Shown here in pieces: positions 21,038-28,801 of a stretch of 37,026 bases of DNA. Position 1 is the first letter of the stretch; each line of letters opens with the position of its first letter. The DNA comes from Candidatus Humimicrobiales bacterium (GTDB taxonomy: Bacteria; Actinomycetota; Humimicrobiia; Humimicrobiales; Humimicrobiaceae). The DNA is taken from the NCBI GenBank assembly GCA_038320085.1, contig JBBQDW010000002.1, forward strand, positions 1 through 37,026, in the 5' to 3' direction. The translations under genes were made by a program, and so were the position numbers. The notes beneath the pieces are model-generated. The model ran no database searches. It was not told the DNA's origin and saw nothing but the letters and a program-made list of their open reading frames with translations.

Positions 21038-22030
21038 CTAACCTAAAAACACTAAAACTGCTATTGCTTTATCCGCACTTGAGCTTAAAGCAATTCCGAT
21101 CTGTGTATATCCTGAACCCAGTATATTTGCTTTGTGTATTTCACTTTCCATCCAGTTGTTAAAAAATAACTCTGAACCTGCCATTGAAGGCGGAGAGCAA
21201 TATTGGAGGTTTTCCCCGGTTGTTTTATAGGCTATGCCATTTTGGACCAATATCGATTTTATATCTTTGCCATCCGGAGTTATATGTGAAAAATAATCCC
21301 TTGCAATCATATCGTCACAGCGGCTTTTTGCAATGCTGTTAAGCGTTGGATTAAGGTTTAAAGAAGGAAGACCGCTGCTGTTTCTTGCATTATTGATAAG
21401 AGACAAAACCTGCAGCTCAAAGCCTGCCGCTGGGTCAGGCGTACTTGCAGGTGCTTCTTCCTGAGTTTGATTTTGCTGGTCCGCCGGTTGTTCCTGAATG
21501 TTTATATCCTGGCTTGCCGCTTGCTCATCGCCGTCTTGTCCCGGGTTAGCGGTTTCATCATTTATTGTGGTAGCTTTTTCGGTCTCTATTGATGATGAGT
21601 CGGTTGTGTTTTTAAATAGAATTAGCTGTTCTGAAAGATTATTATAAAAATTGTAAAGAGCTGCAGAGCAAATATTGCTTTCAGAAACGGCTAAACTGCT
21701 CTCCTTGCCTGCCTTTAAATCCGTAACGCAGCCGTTAAAACCAGCTTCAAATTGTTCCAAGGTGTTATTTATAGAACTTTCAGTCTCTTCCCATATAATG
21801 GAACTTGCAGAGGCAGAAATATTATTTATATCTGTTGTTCTTAAAAAATTATTTATATCTGCTGTCTTTAAAAAATTATTTATATTTGTTTTCTCTAAAA
21901 AAAGCAGAAGGCGGCACCCGGATAACGAAGCCATTAAAAAAAACAATAGAAGAAGAGAGGTTAAATAGAATTTAAAATAAGATTTTCTGTATACTTTGCT
22001 GTGTTTGTCTTTTATTTTTTCTTTTCCCAA
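21038..22030 (-). CDS. CAP/SCP/PR-1 domain lipoprotein (YkwD-like)
   Basis: 330 aa with lipobox LSGC, a 9-aa tandem repeat, a Q/E/D-rich linker, and a C-terminal CAP domain (LINNARNSSGLPSL...DYFSHITPDG...GENL...W.ES..H..NIL...YT.IG). TTG start lies 2 nt after the upstream stop. Confidence 0.75.
   Translation of the reverse strand: MGKEKIKDKHSKVYRKSYFKFYLTSLLLLFFLMASLSGCRLLLFLEKTNINNFLKTADINNFLRTTDINNISASASSIIWEETESSINNTLEQFEAGFNGCVTDLKAGKESSLAVSESNICSAALYNFYNNLSEQLILFKNTTDSSSIETEKATTINDETANPGQDGDEQAASQDINIQEQPADQQNQTQEEAPASTPDPAAGFELQVLSLINNARNSSGLPSLNLNPTLNSIAKSRCDDMIARDYFSHITPDGKDIKSILVQNGIAYKTTGENLQYCSPPSMAGSELFFNNWMESEIHKANILGSGYTQIGIALSSSADKAIAVLVFLG
21821..21901. repeat. 27-bp tandem repeat, 3 copies, inside the CAP-domain gene
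   Basis: ATTATTTATATCTGTTGTTCTTAAAAA and two near copies. It encodes (T/A)DINNFL(K/R)T three times on the minus strand. Confidence 0.85.
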
Positions 22031-22032
22031 TT

Positions 22033-22959
22033 TTATGTTTTGCTATTTACAAGTTCTGCCAATTTTAAAATATGCTGAGGGGTACTGCCGCAGCAGGCGC
22101 CTACTATGCATGGTTTATATTCCAGTATATGTTTAAAACTATCTGCCATCATTTGGGGTGTTTCATTAAATAATGTTTTACCATCAATTATTGACGGCAG
22201 GCCCGCATTTGGCTGGATAAGAAGCCGGACATAAGGATTTGCTGCTCTTATTTTTTCGGTGATTTTAATCATCGTATCGGATCCGACGCTGCAATTTGCG
22301 CCGATGATGTCACAACCTGCCTGGATAAGCGCTGCTCCAAAATTTTCTGCCCGATTTCCCATTACAGTGACACCGTTTTCCAGAAAACTGAGAGTGCAGG
22401 CTATCGTGATATCGGCATCTGCCTTCCTGACTGCTTTAACGGCAGCGACTGCCTCGTTTAAATCGATCATTGTCTCTATTAGTATCAGGTCAGCTCCATT
22501 GTTTATTAGGATTTCAGCCTGTCTTGAATAAGAATCAAAGACTATTGAATATTTCGTGTCCCCGTAAGGTTCAAGCAGCTTGCCTGTAGGACCCATATCC
22601 CCGGCAATATAAATTTTCCTGTTATTACCTGTTTCCATGGCATACCTCTCTATAGCGCGCTTGGCTGCATCAATACCGTTTTTATTGATTTTATCAATAT
22701 TTTCAGCCTGCCCGACTTGTTCAAGCTTTAAAACGCTTGAACCCATGGTATTGCTTTGTATTATGTCTGACCCCGCTTCCAGATATTGAAAGTGGATATC
22801 TACAATAATTTTCAAAGCGTCCAGGTCCAGATTCAATAAATCATTAGGACCTTTAAAATCATATTTGAGAAGTGTTGTACCCATTGCGCCATCGCAAACA
22901 AGTACTCTCTTATCAAGTATGTTTAAAAGGTCCTTTTTATTGTTATTGCCTGGGCCCAT
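22033..22959 (-). CDS. Stand-alone homocysteine S-methyltransferase domain protein (MetH N-terminal / MmuM-like)
   Basis: 308 aa with VLVCDGAMGT, GSDIIQSNTMG, IIGANCSVG and ACCGSTPQHI (zinc-ligand Cys positions of the Hcy-binding barrel). Confidence 0.85.
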   Translation of the reverse strand: MGPGNNNKKDLLNILDKRVLVCDGAMGTTLLKYDFKGPNDLLNLDLDALKIIVDIHFQYLEAGSDIIQSNTMGSSVLKLEQVGQAENIDKINKNGIDAAKRAIERYAMETGNNRKIYIAGDMGPTGKLLEPYGDTKYSIVFDSYSRQAEILINNGADLILIETMIDLNEAVAAVKAVRKADADITIACTLSFLENGVTVMGNRAENFGAALIQAGCDIIGANCSVGSDTMIKITEKIRAANPYVRLLIQPNAGLPSIIDGKTLFNETPQMMADSFKHILEYKPCIVGACCGSTPQHILKLAELVNSKT

Positions 22960-22976
22960 TTTATAAAATAAAAATA

Positions 22977-23072
22977 TTATTTATTTCTTCGCTGCCAACG
23001 GGTCTTCTTTAACATTTTTTTATGCTTTTTTTTACGCATTTTTTTACGGCGTTTCTTAATGACCGAACTCAC
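22977..23072 (-). CDS. 30S ribosomal protein bS22 (AURKAIP1/COX24 family), 31 aa, absent from the ORF track
   Basis: My translation is (GTG)SSVIKKRRKKMRKKKHKKMLKKTRWQRRNK*, close to mycobacterial bS22 (MGSVIKKRRKRM.KKKHRKLL..TR.QRR). SD AGGAG lies upstream. The gene sits 17 nt upstream of the next gene. Confidence 0.72.
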   Translation of the reverse strand: MSSVIKKRRKKMRKKKHKKMLKKTRWQRRNK

Positions 23073-23262
23073 TACGCTACCTTCTTCTCCTAGTTGTTTT
23101 CAAGGAATTATGGATATAAAAACAAAAAAACATTCTTAATTAAAAAGAATAAGTTATTTTTGAAGATGAAAGTATAACAGAATAAGACTAAAATCAAAAC
23201 AATATTAAAATGTTAATTTTTTTATTTTTTAAATCACTACTAAATACCATCCAAACAAGTCT

Positions 23263-23314
23263 GCCTGCCCGGATAAATAACATCACAAGTACGCATGCCT
23301 GCCCGGATAAATAA
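23263..23314. repeat. Two 34-bp-phased direct repeats GCCTGCCCGGATAAATAA in the divergent bS22/nrdJ intergenic region
   Basis: Identical 18-mers at 23263-23280 and 23297-23314, each preceded by ACAAGT. The reverse complement shares TTATCCGGGCA with the 18113-18203 repeats. Confidence 0.85.
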
Positions 23315-23338
23315 AAAGGCAAATAACAAAAAAAGTAT

Positions 23339-23366
23339 TTGACACCACAATATACAGTGTTATATT
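23339..23366 (+). promoter_or_regulatory. nrdJ sigma70-type promoter
   Basis: TTGACA (23339-23344), a 16-nt spacer, then TATATT (23361-23366), 80 nt upstream of ATG 23446. Confidence 0.6.
23345..23360 (+). promoter_or_regulatory. NrdR box 1, filling the -35/-10 spacer
   Basis: CCACAATATACAGTGT matches the published NrdR-box consensus acaCwAtATaTwGtgt at 14 of 16 positions. Confidence 0.6.
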
Positions 23367-23376
23367 ATTGATTCAT

Positions 23377-23392
23377 ACACAAGATATAGGTT
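23377..23392 (+). promoter_or_regulatory. NrdR box 2
   Basis: ACACAAGATATAGGTT matches the consensus at 13 of 16 positions. It starts 32 bp after box 1, the typical tandem phasing. Confidence 0.5.
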
Positions 23393-23445
23393 TTTTAGTT
23401 ATTTTGTTTAATATTTATCTTATCGTTTTTGGCAAAGAAGGAGAT

Positions 23446-26400
23446 ATGCAAATGGATGATTACTACGGAAAAAAAGAATTAAAACTTTCCGGAAATGCCA
23501 TAAAGGTCCTTGAGAAAAGGTATTTTAAAAGAGACGAAGAGGGCACACTTCTTGAGACTCCCATGGAAATGTTTTTAAGGGTTGCAAGAAACATATCTTC
23601 CGCAGAGAAAAATTACGGTAAAACTGAAAAGGAAATAAAAGAGATCGAGCGGCGGTTTTTTGACATAATGGCGGACCTTGATTTTCTGCCCAATTCACCC
23701 ACCCTGATGAATGCCGGAAAAGAGCTGCAGCAGCTTGCAGCATGCTTTGTCCTTCCGGTAGGGGATTCGATGGAAAAAATATTTGAAGCCTTAAAGGAGG
23801 CCGCCCTGATACAAAAATCCGGAGGCGGGGTAGGCTATTCTTTTTCCAATATAAGGCCCAAAAATGATGTAGTGCTGTCAACTAAAGGGGTTTCAAGCGG
23901 TCCGATATCCTTTATGACTGTTTTTAATGCAGCGACCGATACAATAAAGCAGGGAGGGACAAGGCGCGGAGCGAACATGGGCATATTAAGGGTGGACCAT
24001 CCTGACATCCTGGAGTTTATAAGCGCAAAAGAAGACAACACAAAGTTGAATAATTTCAATATCTCTGTCGGGGTCACTGAAGCTTTCATGAGAGCTGTTG
24101 AAAACGGTGACGATTATGACATCGTAAACCCCAGGACAAAAGAAGTATTTACAAGATATAACGCAAGAGAGATTTTCAAAAAGATAATATATCATGCCTG
24201 GAAAAACGGCGACCCCGGAATTATTTTCCTGGAAAGGTTAAACCGCGACAACCCCACACCAAACGTCGGGACAATAGAATCCACCAATCCGTGCGTTTCA
24301 GGTAATACCTACCTGTCGACTGAAAATGGTTTTATGACAGCTAAAGAAATACACAAGAAGATTCAAAATGGTGAAAATATCAGGATTTTATTTGATAAAA
24401 GGGCCCTAAATTATAAAGTCTCGCAGGAATTTAATAATTCTGATTTTGAAGTATTAAATAGTGATGAAATAAATTCCTGGAACAGGGGCATAAAGGACGT
24501 TTATCGCCTGACAACAAGGTCTGGATATAAACTTGAAGCAACTGCGGATCACAAGGTCCTGACAATTGATGGTTATAAAAAATTATCAGATTTAAATAAC
24601 AATGATGAGGTATTAATTCAGCCTTACGGCCAATTCAAGATTAATACAAAAATTTTCAAAAATGGCACTGTAGCCAAATTAAACAAATTAACCAAAAGAA
24701 AAACATTAAACCTGCCTGAATTCTGGAGCAAAGAATTAGGAGAAATACTCGGATGGTTGACCGGCGATGGCTGGCTAAGAGAAGACAGGGTTGGATTTTC
24801 TTTTGGCCATGAAGATAGTGCCGCAGTTTCATATTTTAACCAGATTATTTCAGAGTGGTATAACTATACAGTAAAAGATATTTTGAGGGAAAATGGCGTG
24901 ATACATCTATCCTATCATTCCAAAGCTTTTATACAGTTTTTTAAAGAACTCGGTGTAGAAGTCTGCAAGTCAGGCAATAAACAGGTTCCCGGGATATTAT
25001 TTGATTCACCAAAAGAAGCAGTTGCAGGTTTTTTAAGGGGTCTATTCAGTTCTGACGGAAATATTGACGATACTGATGGAACTATAAAACTCACCTCTTC
25101 GTCTAATAAACTTCTTGAAGGCGTACAGCTCCTCCTTATTAATTTTGGTATTAAGTCTAATATTTTAAGTAGAAAGTATTCTTTTTCAAAAGATTTTGCA
25201 TATACAAATATTAGAGGTGAAGGCAAGACTTATAAAGCAAAGAGTGATAATTATTATGAGTTATTTATAGCAGGCGGTATTTCTAAAAGAAAATTTAAAG
25301 AAGAAATAGGATTTTTACTTGAAAGAAAAAGTAAACTCTTAAAATCTTTTAAATTTGAAAAAATTTCAACTGAAAACTATTACAATAAATTTATTGACAG
25401 AATACAGAGTGTTGAATTTATTGGTCAGGAAGAAGTTTTTGATTTTAATGAACCGATAAGTAATTCTTATATTGCAAATGGAATCATTGTCAGAAACTGT
25501 GGAGAACAGCCCCTTTTACCTTATGAGGCATGCAACCTGGGATCCATAAATCTTGCAAATATGATAAAAACAGAAGAAGGCGCTCCTAAAGTGGACTATG
25601 AAAAGCTAAAAGCAACTGTCCATACGGCAATACGCTTCCTGGATGACGTCATTGATATGGGCAAATATCCGCTGGATAAGATTGCCGACATGGTCAAAGG
25701 CAACAGGAAAGTGGGCCTTGGCATAATGGGATGGGCAGATCTTCTTATAATACTTGGCATACCATATAACAGTGAGCAGGCTCTCGAGCTTGCAAAAGAG
25801 GTCATGAGTTTTATCCAGGATGAATCCAGAGATGCAACCCGTGCGCTTGCAGATGAAAGAGGAAGCTTTCCTAATTTTAAAGGAAGTATTTATGATACGC
25901 CGGATGGATATCCTGTACGCAATGCGACTACCACTACAATTGCCCCGACAGGGACCTTAAGCATTATAGCAAATTCCTCCAGCGGCATTGAGCCTGTCTT
26001 TGCAATATCTTTTGTCAAGAATGTCATGGATAACGACAGGCTTCTTGAAGTAAACCCATATTTTGAAAAAGCAGCAAAGGAGATGGGTTTTTATAGTGAA
26101 GGATTAATGAAGGATATAGCAGCCAAGGGGACAATAGCAGATTTCGAGCAAATACCTGCTTCGGTTAAAAGAGTGTTTATTACTGCCCATGAGATCTCCC
26201 CCATATGGCACGTGAGGATGCAGGCAGTGTTCCAGGGTTTTGTTGATAATGCAGTCTCAAAAACAGTAAATTTTCCCAATAGTGCAACTGAGCAGGATGT
26301 TGAAGAGGTCTTCATGCTGGCTCACAGGCTTGGATGTAAAGGAATCACTATTTACAGGGACGGAAGCAGGGAGAGCCAGGTTCTGCAGGTGGAAGGCAGG

Positions 26401-27096
26401 AAGAGCGCTCCGGCAGCAACTTTTGATACAGAAGCGGGAAAAGCTGATTATGTAAAAGCTGCAAGCCATGCAGCAGGTGGGGTCTATGGAAAGGAAAAAA
26501 TCCTGGATATGGGTAAGGAAAAGAAACATGAGGGTGATGAAACTGCTTCCAAACAACCGGGCAGCATAAAGCCCGGAACCGTTGAAAGTGGTGTCGGCCC
26601 AAGTGAAGGCGAAGATAAGAATCTGCAAACTTTCAAACCCCGCCCACGTCCTGATGTCACAAAGGGCCTGACCAAAAAATACGATGTTGGCGGATGCGGC
26701 AAGCTGTATGTAACTGTAAATTCAGATGATATCGGGATTTGCGAAGTTTTTTCCAACACCGGAGAAGAAGGTTGTGCCGCACTCTCAGAAGCTGTGAGCC
26801 GCCTTATAAGCATAACAATAAGGTCCGGTATAGACATAGACTCAATACTTAAACAGATTTCAGGCATAAGGTGTATAACCTGTATTGCAGACGAAAATAC
26901 GCATGTACTTTCCTGCCCGGACGCCATAGGCAAAGCTATAGAATTCTATAATAAAGGGTACAATAAGTTTGATTTTAATACTGCTTCCGGCCCAAAATCC
27001 ATAATGCTGTGCCCTGAAGAAGGCTGTGGAGGCATCATGCAGCCCGAGGGCGGATGCTATGTCTGCCGCAACTGCGGATTTTCCAAATGCTCCTGA
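23446..27096 (+). CDS. nrdJ: Adenosylcobalamin-dependent (class II) ribonucleotide reductase, intein-containing precursor
   Basis: ATG 23446 follows GAAGGAG. The track's TTG 23368 only adds a hydrophobic leader. Motifs are LPNSPTLMNAG, ACFVLP, GGGVGYSFS, TNPC|GEQPLLPYEACNLGS, a PRPRPDV...GKLYVT segment and a C-terminal Cys cluster CPEEGCGG...CYVCRNCGFSKC. Exteins are 282 and 532 aa. Confidence 0.95.
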   Translation: MQMDDYYGKKELKLSGNAIKVLEKRYFKRDEEGTLLETPMEMFLRVARNISSAEKNYGKTEKEIKEIERRFFDIMADLDFLPNSPTLMNAGKELQQLAACFVLPVGDSMEKIFEALKEAALIQKSGGGVGYSFSNIRPKNDVVLSTKGVSSGPISFMTVFNAATDTIKQGGTRRGANMGILRVDHPDILEFISAKEDNTKLNNFNISVGVTEAFMRAVENGDDYDIVNPRTKEVFTRYNAREIFKKIIYHAWKNGDPGIIFLERLNRDNPTPNVGTIESTNPCVSGNTYLSTENGFMTAKEIHKKIQNGENIRILFDKRALNYKVSQEFNNSDFEVLNSDEINSWNRGIKDVYRLTTRSGYKLEATADHKVLTIDGYKKLSDLNNNDEVLIQPYGQFKINTKIFKNGTVAKLNKLTKRKTLNLPEFWSKELGEILGWLTGDGWLREDRVGFSFGHEDSAAVSYFNQIISEWYNYTVKDILRENGVIHLSYHSKAFIQFFKELGVEVCKSGNKQVPGILFDSPKEAVAGFLRGLFSSDGNIDDTDGTIKLTSSSNKLLEGVQLLLINFGIKSNILSRKYSFSKDFAYTNIRGEGKTYKAKSDNYYELFIAGGISKRKFKEEIGFLLERKSKLLKSFKFEKISTENYYNKFIDRIQSVEFIGQEEVFDFNEPISNSYIANGIIVRNCGEQPLLPYEACNLGSINLANMIKTEEGAPKVDYEKLKATVHTAIRFLDDVIDMGKYPLDKIADMVKGNRKVGLGIMGWADLLIILGIPYNSEQALELAKEVMSFIQDESRDATRALADERGSFPNFKGSIYDTPDGYPVRNATTTTIAPTGTLSIIANSSSGIEPVFAISFVKNVMDNDRLLEVNPYFEKAAKEMGFYSEGLMKDIAAKGTIADFEQIPASVKRVFITAHEISPIWHVRMQAVFQGFVDNAVSKTVNFPNSATEQDVEEVFMLAHRLGCKGITIYRDGSRESQVLQVEGRKSAPAATFDTEAGKADYVKAASHAAGGVYGKEKILDMGKEKKHEGDETASKQPGSIKPGTVESGVGPSEGEDKNLQTFKPRPRPDVTKGLTKKYDVGGCGKLYVTVNSDDIGICEVFSNTGEEGCAALSEAVSRLISITIRSGIDIDSILKQISGIRCITCIADENTHVLSCPDAIGKAIEFYNKGYNKFDFNTASGPKSIMLCPEEGCGGIMQPEGGCYVCRNCGFSKCS
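24292..25497 (+). mobile_element. Intein (402 aa) with a LAGLIDADG homing-endonuclease domain
   Basis: It starts CVSGNTYLS after TNP and ends ANGIIVRN before CGEQPL. Block B is LEATADHKV. LAGLIDADG motifs are LGWLTGDGWL and FLRGLFSSDGNI. Excision restores TNPCGEQPL. Confidence 0.9.
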
Positions 27097-27225
27097 TTTA
27101 AATCAAATATTTGGTATAATTATTTTTTATATGTTGTTTTTAAAATATGCTAAAAGATATTCTTGCTAATTTAAAAATATTTTGCCATCCGCAAGTTGGG
27201 TTAAAATTGGTAAAACTGAAATTAT

Positions 27226-28560
27226 ATGAAAAAAAGATATTTATCTATAGATGTTGGAACTTCCGGTGTAAAAGCTGCAATTGTTGATGAAAATTTAAAA
27301 ATAATCTTAATAAATAAAATAAGTTATGACCTTATTACATTTAATTTTGATTTTGTCGAGTTAGATTTTGAAAATGTTTTAAAGTGTTTAATTGATTGTA
27401 TTAAATTTTTTGGAAATGTCCTAAGGGATGTAGAAGGCATAGGTCTTTCCGTATTATGTCCCGGACTTGTGCCCATTGACAGGGCAGGTAATCCCCTAAG
27501 AAATGCTATTATTCATCTTGACAGGAGAAGTAAAAAGCAATCTTTATCTGCACTAAATGCTATCGGCGAAGAAAAATTTTTATCATTAAATGGGAACCTG
27601 CCCTATCCTGGTGGAATTTCTTTATCATCCATTCTTTGGATAAAAGAAAATGAAGACTCCGTTTACCGGAAGACTTTCAAATTTGGCCACACAAATACAT
27701 TTCTTGTAAAAAAAATAACCGGTAACTTTGGAATCGATCCTACCAATGCTTCCTTTACCGGTCTGTACAATACAATTGATTTATCAGGATGGTCGTCAGA
27801 AATAATCGATACTCTTAAAATCGAGAAAAGTTTGCTGCCCCTGATATTGCCTTCACATGGCATAGCGGGTCATGTTAACAAAGAATTTTCCATGATTACG
27901 GGTATTAAAACCGGGGTCCCTGTTATAATGGGCGCCGGCGACACATCCTGTGCGGCCCTTGGAGCAGGATTGACTGCAAATGGGAATATTTTAAATACTA
28001 CAGGGACAGTTGAAGCTATTGTATTGGTACTTGATAAACCATACGCAGATAAAAAATTACTTCTCAGAACTCACGCATTAGAAGGAAAATGGTTGTCTAT
28101 GTATATTATAGGGGCCGGAGGGATAGCTATTGAATGGGCAAGGAAACAATTTTACCGGGATTTGGAGCGAAGTTATTTTTATGATAAATATTTGCCAGGG
28201 ATGCTGGCGAATCATGATTTAAAAATGCAGGTCAGGTTCAGGCCCTATTTGTGCGGTGACAGGTTAAGCATGTCCCAGAAAAAGGGCTCACTTTCTAATC
28301 TTTCATTGGATTCTACAAGGGACGATATATTAGTATCTATAGTTCTCGGATTAATCAGGCCGTTACAAGGAGCACTTAAGAAATTTAAAAAAATTATAAA
28401 TATTTCAGATACAATTTATTGCACCGGGCAGGGCAGCAGTTTTTTATCTGATATAAAGAAAAAAATCTTTTCCACTTATTATTTAAAGACGATTGATCCC
28501 AACTCAGCCCTTATAGGTGCTGCAAAGTTATTGCTAATGGGTGTGGAAGGGTTAAAATAA
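27226..28560 (+). CDS. FGGY-family carbohydrate kinase (xylulokinase/glycerol-kinase-like)
   Basis: 444 aa with LSIDVGTSGVKAAIVD and MGAGDTSCAALGAG. Confidence 0.8.
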   Translation: MKKRYLSIDVGTSGVKAAIVDENLKIILINKISYDLITFNFDFVELDFENVLKCLIDCIKFFGNVLRDVEGIGLSVLCPGLVPIDRAGNPLRNAIIHLDRRSKKQSLSALNAIGEEKFLSLNGNLPYPGGISLSSILWIKENEDSVYRKTFKFGHTNTFLVKKITGNFGIDPTNASFTGLYNTIDLSGWSSEIIDTLKIEKSLLPLILPSHGIAGHVNKEFSMITGIKTGVPVIMGAGDTSCAALGAGLTANGNILNTTGTVEAIVLVLDKPYADKKLLLRTHALEGKWLSMYIIGAGGIAIEWARKQFYRDLERSYFYDKYLPGMLANHDLKMQVRFRPYLCGDRLSMSQKKGSLSNLSLDSTRDDILVSIVLGLIRPLQGALKKFKKIINISDTIYCTGQGSSFLSDIKKKIFSTYYLKTIDPNSALIGAAKLLLMGVEGLK

Positions 28561-28644
28561 TATTTAAAACAAAATCAGGTGAGTATAAAGCTTAAGTTTT
28601 TATTTTAATTTTTTACGTTATAAAAAGATTTAAACTATTTAACA

Positions 28645-28750
28645 TGGGTATCCGCTTGACTCAGGTACCCACTACATTTAGTGGGAAGTCTGCATTATTC
28701 TCAAGCTATTATATCGCCCATTGTGTAAATCTGAGTAATATGGATACCCA
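28645..28750. other. Candidate structured element between convergent genes; strand and function unknown
   Basis: A 9-bp closing helix TGGGTATCC (28645) pairs with GGATACCCA (28742). Inner hairpin is CCCACTA-CATT-TAGTGGG (28668-28685). Alternative helices are GCTTGA/TCAAGC and ACTCAG/CTGAGT. Confidence 0.25.
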
Positions 28751-28801
28751 ATCTATTTAATTAACTTGAGTTATTTAATTGATTTGAGTTACGAAGTAAG
28801 T

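Noticed and set aside
23368-23445. TTG-initiated 26-aa N-terminal extension of NrdJ given in the ORF track
   Set aside because: The extension (IHTQDIGFLVILFNIYLIVFGKEGD) is hydrophobic and not RNR-like. It overlaps NrdR box 2 and begins right after the promoter -10 element. ATG 23446 has a strong GAAGGAG SD.
26257-26933. Minus-strand ORFs (123, 84 and 149 aa) in the 3' part of nrdJ
   Set aside because: They are antisense to the conserved NrdJ C-terminal region and to a relatively GC-rich linker that lacks stops by chance. They have no independent signals.
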